A stretch of 64,000 nucleotides of DNA from Candidatus Ryanbacteria bacterium RIFCSPLOWO2_12_FULL_44_26 (GTDB lineage Bacteria > Patescibacteriota > Minisyncoccia > Ryanbacterales > HO2-45-13), in NCBI GenBank assembly GCA_001821765.1, contig MHOA01000001.1:174078-238077 (forward strand). Reading direction: 5' to 3'. The notes under the pieces were generated by a model. The model made no database searches. It saw only the letters and a program-made list of their open reading frames with translations, and was not told where the DNA came from. This document shows, in pieces, positions 7,754 through 17,135 of this stretch (position 1 is its first letter; each line of letters begins with the position of its first letter). A program made the translations under genes and the position numbers.

Positions 7754-10207
7754 TTATCCGAATTTTTCCTGCCGGCGGGCAATCTCCGTTTCTACTTCTT
7801 CTCGCAATCTTCCGTACTTCAATCTTGATAAGTCCCTTACTGCCTCGCACACCGCTTTATTGCTGGCGGCGGGCGAATACGATTCTATATTAAACGGGCG
7901 CGTTGTCTTCCCATTAATCAGCAGCCGTATGTATGCGTGAAAATTATCTATATTTAAAAGGTCTCCTGCGGTAAAAACCGGCGCAAACTGTTTTTGCAAT
8001 AGTTCCGTATCATCAACTCCAACACGGAATGAAACAATCGTTCCAACATTTCCGAATACTGCATCTCTAATTTCTTTTGAAAGCTGGCCGATAAACTGGT
8101 GGGCCATAACAAGGTTTAAGCGGTATTTCCTTGCTTCTGAAAGAATTGTTGCAATGGATTTCGTGGTGACATTCTGAAATTCATCAATATAAAGATAAAA
8201 GTCAGGCCTTTTGCTTTCCTCAATATCAACGCGCGAGAGCGCCGCCATAAGCACCTTTCCTATGATGATAAGTCCCAGAAGGTATGAATTGAGTTCTCCG
8301 AGTCGTCCTTTGGAAAGGTTTATCAAAAGAATCTTTTTATTGTCCATAATTTCCCGAAGGCGAAACGAGCTTTTCTCCTGCGCTATGATCGGCCGCATAA
8401 TCTCATTGGCGAGAAAGGTATCAAATTTTGACGTAATATACGGCACCATATTTTGCAGAGACGCTTCGCCTCCGGCTTTCTCCGCTATCTGCTTCCAAAA
8501 CATTTTTACGACTAGATTGGAACTTCTGGAAATCTTAAACTGACGATAGTCTGAATCAACCATCACTCTTGAAATCTCAAGAAGCGTGTTTCCTGATGAC
8601 GGATCGTCCATCACCAAAAGCGTGGCATTTCGAAAATACTGCTCAAACATCGGCCCCCCGGCAACGGACATATCATAAAGTTTGTTAAAAATTTCAAGCA
8701 GTTCGTTTACAATAAACGTCTTTTGCTCCGGGTAGCGGCCATCATATTCCAGAAAATTCAACCCCATGGGACGTTCAATATCGGCCGGGTCAAAATATAC
8801 CACATCTTCAACGCGCTCTTTCGGAATAAGGCCTAAAATGTCTCTTACATCATCTCCGTGGGGATCAAGAAAACACACTCCCCTTCCTTTTTCTATATCC
8901 TCCGCAATCATGTTTTTTATAAGTGTTGTCTTTCCGGTACCGGTCTGGCCAACAATATACATGTGCCGCCTTCGGTCATCTGGAGTAATGTATACCGGCA
9001 CTTCTTCTCCCTTAAACACGCTCTTACCGATTAAAAGACCTGCTTTGGGCAGATTTGCCGGAGGAGGCGCCTCGCGGGACGTTAACATTTGGAGTCTCGG
9101 GGCTTCGGAACCCGCATAAGGAAAACGAAACACTGATGCCAGTTCGTCGGTCGTAAGGTACATGCGGGCAAGCGGATTAAATATACGAAATGAAAAGTTA
9201 TATACCGCCCGTTCCAACGCCCGTCCTTCAAGCGGCATCGCTTTAAAACTGTTGCCTTGGGGTTCAGTAAACTGCAAAAACGCCGCCTCAAGTTCCCGTA
9301 AAATTCTTGAAGCGTCATCTTCGTTAGCAGAAGAAGCCAAAAGGCGTATATTCACATCAAAACCGGTACGCGACGCTTTCTCTGTTATGAGTCTTGCCAC
9401 TTCTTCATCTCCTTGTTTTATCTCTTGGCGTGCCGTTCCGCCGCCGCCTGAACTGCCGGACGGCGCAAATCCCAACATTGCCATCGCTGCAACAAGCCAT
9501 GGATGCAGTTTTTTGGACGTTGCCAGCGCTTCTTTGATGTTTTTTCCCTCACGCACCGCTTTCGCTGCTTTTTTCCCTGCGTCATTGAGCGATCCGCTGG
9601 TAGGGCGCATTAATATTTGTATTGCCGCGCCCTCGCCTTTCTCGTTTAACTTTGCAAAAGCGCCGGCGATCACAGCAAACGGATCATGACCAATGCGTTC
9701 ATATGTATGAATCGGGAGAAGCGCATCGCGCTCAAGCACGAGATGTGAGGCCTTTGTGATACCCTCCGCGTTGAACATATTGTAATCTTCAGCTGGCTCC
9801 ACGCGGCTGTCTGGGAACATCGAATGCGTCAATTTTTGAAATGTAGAAGCATAAAAATTCGGAATCGCTGCATAAAGAACTGTTTCACCACCGGTTTCCG
9901 GAAGCGCAATTTCAAAAGATACTACCGGCTGTCCGTAGAACGCTGCCTTTCGTTTCGTCCGTTTTAACCCCAGAAAACCGGCATACATCTGCTCCATGGT
10001 GAGGAAAAGTTTCTTGGAGTTGTCTTGCTGTCCTTCTCGCTCTGCTCCCATATCTTGAGGAAGCAGAATTCTAAAAAGCCGTAAATGCAGCGAAGAAGAA
10101 ACGTCTCTAAATTGCCTCTCCCTCAATACAAAATACCGGATAAGAACGGCCACAACGATACTTGCGGCTGTTATAACATAAAACGTATTTAACAATAGCG
10201 AGGCCAT
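7754..10207 (-). CDS. VirD4/TraD/TraG-like (type IV coupling protein-like) membrane-anchored ATPase
   Basis: 817 aa with an N-terminal TM. Walker A 'IVGQTGTGKTT'. The C-terminal block 'FYLYIDEFQNV...LSEARKYRLNLVMAHQFIGQL...VFGNVGTIVSFRVG' has DExx Walker B plus the TraD/TraG-type 'AHQ' region. A paralog lies at 62439..>64000. Confidence 0.7.
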   Translation of the reverse strand: MASLLLNTFYVITAASIVVAVLIRYFVLRERQFRDVSSSLHLRLFRILLPQDMGAEREGQQDNSKKLFLTMEQMYAGFLGLKRTKRKAAFYGQPVVSFEIALPETGGETVLYAAIPNFYASTFQKLTHSMFPDSRVEPAEDYNMFNAEGITKASHLVLERDALLPIHTYERIGHDPFAVIAGAFAKLNEKGEGAAIQILMRPTSGSLNDAGKKAAKAVREGKNIKEALATSKKLHPWLVAAMAMLGFAPSGSSGGGGTARQEIKQGDEEVARLITEKASRTGFDVNIRLLASSANEDDASRILRELEAAFLQFTEPQGNSFKAMPLEGRALERAVYNFSFRIFNPLARMYLTTDELASVFRFPYAGSEAPRLQMLTSREAPPPANLPKAGLLIGKSVFKGEEVPVYITPDDRRRHMYIVGQTGTGKTTLIKNMIAEDIEKGRGVCFLDPHGDDVRDILGLIPKERVEDVVYFDPADIERPMGLNFLEYDGRYPEQKTFIVNELLEIFNKLYDMSVAGGPMFEQYFRNATLLVMDDPSSGNTLLEISRVMVDSDYRQFKISRSSNLVVKMFWKQIAEKAGGEASLQNMVPYITSKFDTFLANEIMRPIIAQEKSSFRLREIMDNKKILLINLSKGRLGELNSYLLGLIIIGKVLMAALSRVDIEESKRPDFYLYIDEFQNVTTKSIATILSEARKYRLNLVMAHQFIGQLSKEIRDAVFGNVGTIVSFRVGVDDTELLQKQFAPVFTAGDLLNIDNFHAYIRLLINGKTTRPFNIESYSPAASNKAVCEAVRDLSRLKYGRLREEVETEIARRQEKFG

Positions 10208-10251
10208 GTAAAATATAAACGGATGTACTGTTTATGTTGTATGTTGTCTGG

Positions 10252-10683
10252 CTATTTTTTAATCTTGTCTTCCGCAACCAACCGCTCGTAAAACCGATCA
10301 ACAAGCACATCATGAAATTCATCCAACAGATGCGGATTTTCAAGCGCCCGCGCTACCCGTACTGCCTCCATGATGCCCCGTGAAAACGCTATTTTAACCA
10401 ATTCTGTAATCTGTTTCTTATGATCATCAAAATCTTTCAGTACGTCATCAACAGGCAGCGCTCTGCTGGACGGTGTGGCGTTTTCTATATGCGCTTCCAG
10501 CACTGTCCGCACAGCCTCTTTTGAGGTTTTTTCGTTCATTGATTCCAGAGATTCCGGCTTTCTTTCTGTTTGCTCTGTTTCTTTTCTTCGGGATCGTTCA
10601 AGCGCTTCTTTTTTCTCGGCTACTTTCTTTGTAAGATACTCAATCTCCTCTTCAGGGTTTTTAAATTGTGGTGTCTCCGGCAT
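10252..10683 (-). CDS. hypothetical acidic coiled-coil protein
   Basis: 143-aa ORF co-oriented and upstream of the VirD4-like gene. Charged, low-complexity N-terminus. Confidence 0.4.
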   Translation of the reverse strand: MPETPQFKNPEEEIEYLTKKVAEKKEALERSRRKETEQTERKPESLESMNEKTSKEAVRTVLEAHIENATPSSRALPVDDVLKDFDDHKKQITELVKIAFSRGIMEAVRVARALENPHLLDEFHDVLVDRFYERLVAEDKIKK

Positions 10684-10701
10684 AGAGGTATCATAACATA
10701 T

Positions 10702-12339
10702 ATGAAGAAAGTGTATCTAATGCTGGCGGTGACAGTAGCTGTTGGGATTTTTCTTCGTTTTTGGAATCTTCAGCATATCCCGCCCGGACTTTATCCCGAT
10801 GAAGCGATGAATGGCAACAATGCCCTTGAAATGAACGAAGCCGCAAAAGGTTTCCCAACATTTGGCTGGCGCGTCTTTTTTAGTGAGAATAACGGCCGTG
10901 AAGGGCTGTACATTGATATTGTCTCCCTTTCCATAAAATTCTTTGGGAATGATCCGTTTGCCATACGCACCGTTTCAGCAGTTTTTGGGACCATAACCAT
11001 ATTGGGGCTTTTCCTTTTTACGCGACAGGTGCTCTGGCAAAGACCCCATCGCAATACCATCGCGCTGATCGCGGCATGGCTGCTTGCTACAAACTTTTGG
11101 CATATCAATTTTTCCCGTATAGGGTTTCGCGCCATTATGGCGCCCTTTTTTCTTGTATGGGGATTATATGTTCTTTATAAAGTTGCAAACGGGCATTATA
11201 AAAACAGCGCTTCAGGATCACTGCTGGCAGCGGGAGGAGGAATTTTTTTCGGGCTTGGATTCTACTCATACATCGCCTATCGCATAGCGCCGCTGCTTTT
11301 GGCATTTCCTTTCATATCAGGACTTCGTTATCACAAACGCCTTCGCGTTCCGACCTGTTTTCCATGCTTTTTTTTGCTGTTTCTCTTTTCTACATTTTTA
11401 ACCGCCTTGCCGCTTGGAATATACTTTATAAATAATCCCGCAGATTTTTTCGGGCGCACCGCCCAAATTTCAATTTTTTCCCAAGAGGAACCGTTAAGGA
11501 TGCTGGCCCTCAACACCATAAAAACAATAGGCATGTTTTTTTGGCAGGGAGATTTTAATTGGAGACACAACTATGCGGGGACACCGCAGCTTTGGTGGCC
11601 GGTGGGGTTGCTTTTTCTCATCGGCGTCATCCGCGGCTTTATTGTTTTTATCAGTAAAGAGAAAAAGAAAGAGCGGGATGTTTATCTTTTCCTTTTTGCG
11701 TGGATTATGCTTCTGTTGCTTCCGGTTATCACGTCAGCCGAAGGCATCCCGCATGCGCTCCGCGCAATCGCCGTTATTCCGGCCGTTATGATCATTGCTG
11801 CGCTGGGACTTGGTCTTATGATTGATCTTATAGAGCACTGGATATCAAAAAAAATAACTCAAGCAGATGCTCAAAAAAAGTCTTTGCGTTTAAGAAAAGA
11901 ATTTATCATCCTGCTTCTGGTTTTTCTTTCAGGAACAGCGGTGCACGCATTCAACCAATACTTTCAACGATGGTCCATACGGCCGGAAGTTGCTGATGCG
12001 TTTGCCGTAAAGTATGCCGAAATCGGAAAAACATTAGATTCGCTGCCCGCAGCGGAAGAAAAATATGTTATAGTAAATACACCGGGTCATGTGCTGGTTA
12101 GAACAATCCCGATGCCGGCACAAACCATCATGTTCTTAACGCAAACATTCAGCGCAGACGAACAGAAGAAAAAAAATATCACCTATCTGCTGCCGGACCA
12201 ACTGCAAAACATACGATGTCTAGACCACTGCACCATAGCGCTTATGGAAAAAGACATACACATCGCAAATGCCATAAAGGAACAATTCTCTGGTATTGCA
12301 ATGCAGCTTACGGGGAACGCATTGGTTTTTCGCAGGTAA
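10702..12339 (+). CDS. glycosyltransferase family 39 (PMT/ArnT-like) polytopic membrane protein
   Basis: Track ORF 10570..12339, with the likely start at ATG 10702 ('MKKVYLMLAVTVAVGIFLRFWNL...'). N-terminal 'PGLYPDEAMNG' loop with a DE motif and >10 TM helices are typical of ArnT/PMT-fold GT-C enzymes. Confidence 0.7.
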   Translation: MKKVYLMLAVTVAVGIFLRFWNLQHIPPGLYPDEAMNGNNALEMNEAAKGFPTFGWRVFFSENNGREGLYIDIVSLSIKFFGNDPFAIRTVSAVFGTITILGLFLFTRQVLWQRPHRNTIALIAAWLLATNFWHINFSRIGFRAIMAPFFLVWGLYVLYKVANGHYKNSASGSLLAAGGGIFFGLGFYSYIAYRIAPLLLAFPFISGLRYHKRLRVPTCFPCFFLLFLFSTFLTALPLGIYFINNPADFFGRTAQISIFSQEEPLRMLALNTIKTIGMFFWQGDFNWRHNYAGTPQLWWPVGLLFLIGVIRGFIVFISKEKKKERDVYLFLFAWIMLLLLPVITSAEGIPHALRAIAVIPAVMIIAALGLGLMIDLIEHWISKKITQADAQKKSLRLRKEFIILLLVFLSGTAVHAFNQYFQRWSIRPEVADAFAVKYAEIGKTLDSLPAAEEKYVIVNTPGHVLVRTIPMPAQTIMFLTQTFSADEQKKKNITYLLPDQLQNIRCLDHCTIALMEKDIHIANAIKEQFSGIAMQLTGNALVFRR

Positions 12340-12342
12340 TCC

Positions 12343-14196
12343 ATGACTAAATCGCTCCAAAACACCATAGCCGTTTTTATACTGTTGGTGATGTTTTTTC
12401 TTATGGCAAGTTCAGCGTGGAATGATTCTGCAATCATGGACGAGCTGGCACACATTCCTGCAGGGTATAGCTACGTGCGGTTTGGGGATATGAGATTAAA
12501 TCCGGAGCACCCACCACTTATAAAAGACCTCGCGGGACTGCCGCTTTTGGCGTTAGACCTTCGTTTTCCAACAGACCACCGCGCATGGAAAGATGAAGTA
12601 AACGGGCAGTGGGAGATGGGAAGCGTTTTTTTATACGAATCGGGCAATGATCCGGATCAAATCCTGCGTTTTGCACGCTTCCCCATGATGCTCTTCGCGA
12701 TTTTTTTTGGATGGGTGTTTTTTCTTTGGGCGAGAAAACATTACGGCGCGGCAACAGCAATCATTGCGCTTTTATTTTTTGCATTCTCGCCTACGTTTCT
12801 GGCCCACTCTAAATACGTCACAACAGATCTCGCCGCCTCGTTTGGATTTTTTATAGGTATTACAACATTTCTCCGGTTTTTAAATTATCCATCATACAAA
12901 AATATCCTTATAGCAGGGGTGGGCTTTGGCGTAGCGCAACTGCTCAAATTTTCCCTTTTCCTCTTAGTCCCTTTTTATGCCGCCATTGCACTTGTATGGA
13001 TACTGATAAGCCACTTTGAACATCTTGAAAGAGTTCCGCTTCAAAAACGCGTCATACATCATGTAAAGCATGGGCTGAGATATTTTAAAAAAATTATTCT
13101 GATTGGCCTTATCGGTCTTTTACTGATTGCGGTTGTGTACCAACTGCATGTACTGAACTACCCTGTGGAAAAACAGGTCAGCGATACAACAATAATTCTG
13201 GGATCGTTTGGCATGCGCCCGCTTGTTGACGCAACCGTGTGGATGGCAAATACGCCTCCTCTTCGCGGTTTTGCATACTACATGCTCGGACTGCTTATGG
13301 TGGTACAGCGCGCAGCGGGAGGCAACACCACGTACTTTTTGGGAACAATTCTTTCGGGCTCCTGGTGGTATTACTTTCCAGTTGTGTATCTCGTAAAAGA
13401 AACGCTTGCTTTTCACATATTAACGGCCCTTGCAGGCATACTTGCCGCAAAAAAAATCTTCAAGAGCAACAATAAAACCTTCAAGGGTCTGCGCCAATGG
13501 ACAAGAGAACATTTCATCACTTTTTCCCTGCTTCTCTTTATTGCGTTTTACTGGATATATTCCATGCAGGCAAACCTCAATATCGGGGTAAGACACGTCC
13601 TCCCCACCTTTCCGTTTTTATACCTGCTTGTTGCAAAAGAAATAAAAGAGTGGGTTAAAGGAACAATCATCGTAAACCCACACACGTTTGGCGCTTTGAT
13701 TAAATCGCTTTATAAACTATATATCAGGCCAATTCCTAAATACCTTTTTATCGCTGTCATAATGCTTTGGATTGTAACCGGAATGCTGAACACATGGCCC
13801 GGATACCTTGCATATTTTAATGAGATCACGCTTTTTACGATGCCGGGGTATGAATGGGCAGTAGATTCTAACTTTGACTGGGGACAGGATCTCAAACGCC
13901 TCAGTATTTGGGCAAAAGAAAACAATATCGAAAGGGTTGCTTTGCATTACTTCGGCGGCGGCTCTCCTACATATTATATGGGAGATATTTTTGAACCATG
14001 GTGGTCTGCAAAAGGAGCGCCGGAAGGCTACTTCGCTATCTCGGGAACGATTCTACAGGGTTCCCGCGGCGAACCGGCAAGAGGATTCGTACAAAAAAAA
14101 GAAGATTCGTACGAATGGCTAACGGGAATAAAACCAATCGGCAAAGCCGGCGATTCCATTTTCATTTATAATCTGCCCGTCACTGGCATACAATAA
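12343..14196 (+). CDS. glycosyltransferase family 39 (PMT/ArnT-like), second tandem copy
   Basis: 617 aa. 'AIMDELAHIPAGYSYVRFGDMRLNPEHPPL' is the GT39 N-terminal loop. Many TM segments and a large C-terminal soluble domain. Confidence 0.7.
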   Translation: MTKSLQNTIAVFILLVMFFLMASSAWNDSAIMDELAHIPAGYSYVRFGDMRLNPEHPPLIKDLAGLPLLALDLRFPTDHRAWKDEVNGQWEMGSVFLYESGNDPDQILRFARFPMMLFAIFFGWVFFLWARKHYGAATAIIALLFFAFSPTFLAHSKYVTTDLAASFGFFIGITTFLRFLNYPSYKNILIAGVGFGVAQLLKFSLFLLVPFYAAIALVWILISHFEHLERVPLQKRVIHHVKHGLRYFKKIILIGLIGLLLIAVVYQLHVLNYPVEKQVSDTTIILGSFGMRPLVDATVWMANTPPLRGFAYYMLGLLMVVQRAAGGNTTYFLGTILSGSWWYYFPVVYLVKETLAFHILTALAGILAAKKIFKSNNKTFKGLRQWTREHFITFSLLLFIAFYWIYSMQANLNIGVRHVLPTFPFLYLLVAKEIKEWVKGTIIVNPHTFGALIKSLYKLYIRPIPKYLFIAVIMLWIVTGMLNTWPGYLAYFNEITLFTMPGYEWAVDSNFDWGQDLKRLSIWAKENNIERVALHYFGGGSPTYYMGDIFEPWWSAKGAPEGYFAISGTILQGSRGEPARGFVQKKEDSYEWLTGIKPIGKAGDSIFIYNLPVTGIQ

Positions 14197-14427
14197 ACTG
14201 TTTCTTAAACCATTCGCCTATTTATACGTAATGAGAGCATATGCGACTATTCGTCTGTCCACTATATCCTAAATAAATATCCTTTAACCGTGCTTAGGAT
14301 GATTGGCTTTCAGCCGCTTTATCAAAGCGCTTCGCGCAATGACGTTCTGTTAGATAATATGTGAATGTTAAAAATAAAAATATATAAATGAAACAATACA
14401 TATTTGGTTTTGTTTATACTTTCGCGT

Positions 14428-15354
14428 TTACTCCCTGAATTTATAATATACTTTATTGCCGTAACGGAGGTCTACATAATCCAAATCCGCACGCTTTTCT
14501 TTTATTTCTTCACGGAGTGAAAGGATGAGGTTTTCAAGCGCCGTCTCTGGAGAAACGCTTTCATCAATGAATATGCTCCATTCCTCTCCTGTAATAATTT
14601 CTATCGTTTCATTGCTTTTGTTAAATACAAATTGCACAATTTCAATTTCCTGCAGCTCTTCTGCCGCACGAACAAAAACACGCACGATATGAAACCTCGC
14701 GTCGCGTAATGCCGGGGAACCAACTGAAACAATATCCCCGCTCTTGTCATATATTTTTGTTATCAGCGCTCCTTTAAATTCAGGAGCGCGTTCGTATGCG
14801 ATACCGTCTTCGGCAACATAAAAACAATCGCTTTCAGTTTGTGATTCGTAATCCTTAGTTTGTAGTTCGTTTTTTGCAGTTTGCAAAGAAACGTCAGTCC
14901 CCGCCTCCCGGTCGCCGATTCCTGATTCCCGACAAAGCACCGCCCACAACGTTCGTTCTTTAATTTCTATAAATAGCGTTTGAGAAAAAATATCCTTTCT
15001 GACTTCCGCATTTGCAACACGCGGAAAAGCGCCAAGCAGCACATGTGAGATTTCTTTTTCATCAAGAATCAGAAAGTTCCTTTTGGGCAAAACAAAAAAC
15101 ACGTTCTCGCGTAGATACCCCCAAACGGCGCTTCGCAGATCATCTTCGGAAATATTCCCCGCGCCTTCAAAAACAAGGTGTTCTACTAAAAACTGTTCCG
15201 CTGAAAAGATTTTTACTGCCCCAAACACTAATAATCCGGCGGACATTAACAACAGAATAATAATAAAGAAAGTTCGCCGGCGCCTCCGCTGGCGCCTCCT
15301 GTTGAAAGCAGCTTTTCTTAAAAAAGTTTTACGGCCTTTGAGGGCCATAAACAC
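14428..15354 (-). CDS. FtsQ/DivIB-like cell division protein (POTRA domain)
   Basis: Arg-rich cytoplasmic N-terminus, a single TM, then a POTRA-like 'ISEDDLRSAVWGYLRENVFFV' region and a beta domain. It lies next to serS. Confidence 0.45.
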   Translation of the reverse strand: MFMALKGRKTFLRKAAFNRRRQRRRRRTFFIIILLLMSAGLLVFGAVKIFSAEQFLVEHLVFEGAGNISEDDLRSAVWGYLRENVFFVLPKRNFLILDEKEISHVLLGAFPRVANAEVRKDIFSQTLFIEIKERTLWAVLCRESGIGDREAGTDVSLQTAKNELQTKDYESQTESDCFYVAEDGIAYERAPEFKGALITKIYDKSGDIVSVGSPALRDARFHIVRVFVRAAEELQEIEIVQFVFNKSNETIEIITGEEWSIFIDESVSPETALENLILSLREEIKEKRADLDYVDLRYGNKVYYKFRE

Positions 15355-15366
15355 TGCCGTAAACCC

Positions 15367-16641
15367 TTATGACGAGGGTTTACGGAAGACATCTTTTCCA
15401 ACAAATGACCGCAACGCTTCAGGGACAACAACGGAACCGTCAGGTTGCTGATTGTTTTCAAGAATTGCAATCAAGATTCGCGGCGTTGCAATTACAGTAT
15501 TGTTGAGTGAATGCGTAAACTGTATCTTTCCGTCTTCGCCGCGGTAGCGAATGTTAAACCTTCTGGTTTGAAAATCATGATAATAACTGGAAGAGTGTGT
15601 TTCTCTATAGCGGTTCTCGCTGGGAATCCATGATTCAATATCGTATGTCTTGACATGCGCTCTTCCTATGTCACCTCCGCAATTAACCACCACGCGATAC
15701 GGAATGTTTAACATCTGCATAAGCTCTTCAGCGTTTTTGGTCAGTTCTTCATGCCACCTCACCGATTCCTGATGATCATTTTTAACGAGCATCAGCTGTT
15801 CTACTTTATAAAATTCATGAACACGATAAATTCCTTTTGTGTCTTTTCCGTAACTTCCTGCTTCACGGCGATAACAGGGAGAAAATGCAACGTACTTTTT
15901 CGGAAGCTCTACTTCGTCAAATATCTCCCCTGTGTGATATCCCATCATGCTTATTTCAGCAGTGGCTGAAAGATAATGGTTGTCCCCTAGAGAATAGACA
16001 TCATCTTTTGTTTGAGGGAAATGTCCGGTTCCTATCAGATGTTCGCCCTTCACAATCGCCGGCGCGCCAAACAGTTCAAATCCTTTTTTTACAAGATGGT
16101 CAACAGCAAACTTCCACAGTGCAAACGACAAAACAACAACATCTCCTTTTAAGAAATATCCTCTCATTCCGGAAACCTTTGCTCCGCGCTCAATATCAAC
16201 AAGGTCAAGTTCTTTCATTATAGTAAGATGATCTTTGGCTTTAAGATCAAATACACGCGCATTACCCCACCTACGCACTTCCACGTTATCTGCGTCGCTT
16301 TTTCCTTCCGGCACTGACGGGTCTGGAATATTCGGAACATCAAGCATCAAACTCTTAAAATCATAATCAACAGTCTTTAATTCTTCTTCCATTTTCGCAA
16401 GCAGCGTTTTTACTTCGCGCATTTTTTCAATGGAAGCGCTCCGCTCATTTTCATTGCTCATCAATGCAATCTCGTCAGACGTTTTATTTATCCTAGACCG
16501 AAGGGCTTCAACCTCTCCAAGAAGTCTTTTTCTGCTCTCATCCGTCTTAAGCAGCTTTGAGATGTCAAACTGCACACCTTTTTTCCGCGCAGCTTCTCTG
16601 ATAAGATCAGGGTTTTCTCGGATAAATCTTATATCAAGCAT
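15367..16641 (-). CDS. serS: seryl-tRNA synthetase
   Basis: 424 aa. N-terminal coiled-coil arm 'MLDIRFIRENPDLIREAARKKG' and class II core motifs ('TGHFPQ', 'FRRE', 'GGDIG'). Confidence 0.92.
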   Translation of the reverse strand: MLDIRFIRENPDLIREAARKKGVQFDISKLLKTDESRKRLLGEVEALRSRINKTSDEIALMSNENERSASIEKMREVKTLLAKMEEELKTVDYDFKSLMLDVPNIPDPSVPEGKSDADNVEVRRWGNARVFDLKAKDHLTIMKELDLVDIERGAKVSGMRGYFLKGDVVVLSFALWKFAVDHLVKKGFELFGAPAIVKGEHLIGTGHFPQTKDDVYSLGDNHYLSATAEISMMGYHTGEIFDEVELPKKYVAFSPCYRREAGSYGKDTKGIYRVHEFYKVEQLMLVKNDHQESVRWHEELTKNAEELMQMLNIPYRVVVNCGGDIGRAHVKTYDIESWIPSENRYRETHSSSYYHDFQTRRFNIRYRGEDGKIQFTHSLNNTVIATPRILIAILENNQQPDGSVVVPEALRSFVGKDVFRKPSS

Positions 16642-17135
16642 AAACGTAGTATAGCGCCTCCAATATAACTATAAAAGCGCTCTTAAAATATATTCACAAA
16701 AGCAAAAAGTACATTCGCCTCTCAATATAGCTCATAAAAAGATCTTTTAAACAAGCGTAACGAAGATAAACGTTCTGAAAAACAGAAAGATGCTTGACTT
16801 ATCTAACAATTCGTGTTTTTTATATAACCGCTGATCAGCATATCCTCTAAAAACAAGATGTCAGACAATCATACTTGCTTATAAAGACGCCGATGGCATC
16901 AAAGCACTGCGAAGAGCTTAGAAAAAAAATATATCGAACACTTATCCACCGCTTTCTCTATTGCTCGGTCCAACGTATAATGAAAAGACGCTCCAACAGT
17001 TCCTCAAAAGGTGATGCGCGCCGGAAGTATACCAGTGATTATAGCAACGTCCGTAAAAAATTTTATATACAAGCCGATACGCTCTAAAAAACTGTAACAA
17101 ACAAGAAATAAATCATTCAAAATCAGCTGTATAAC

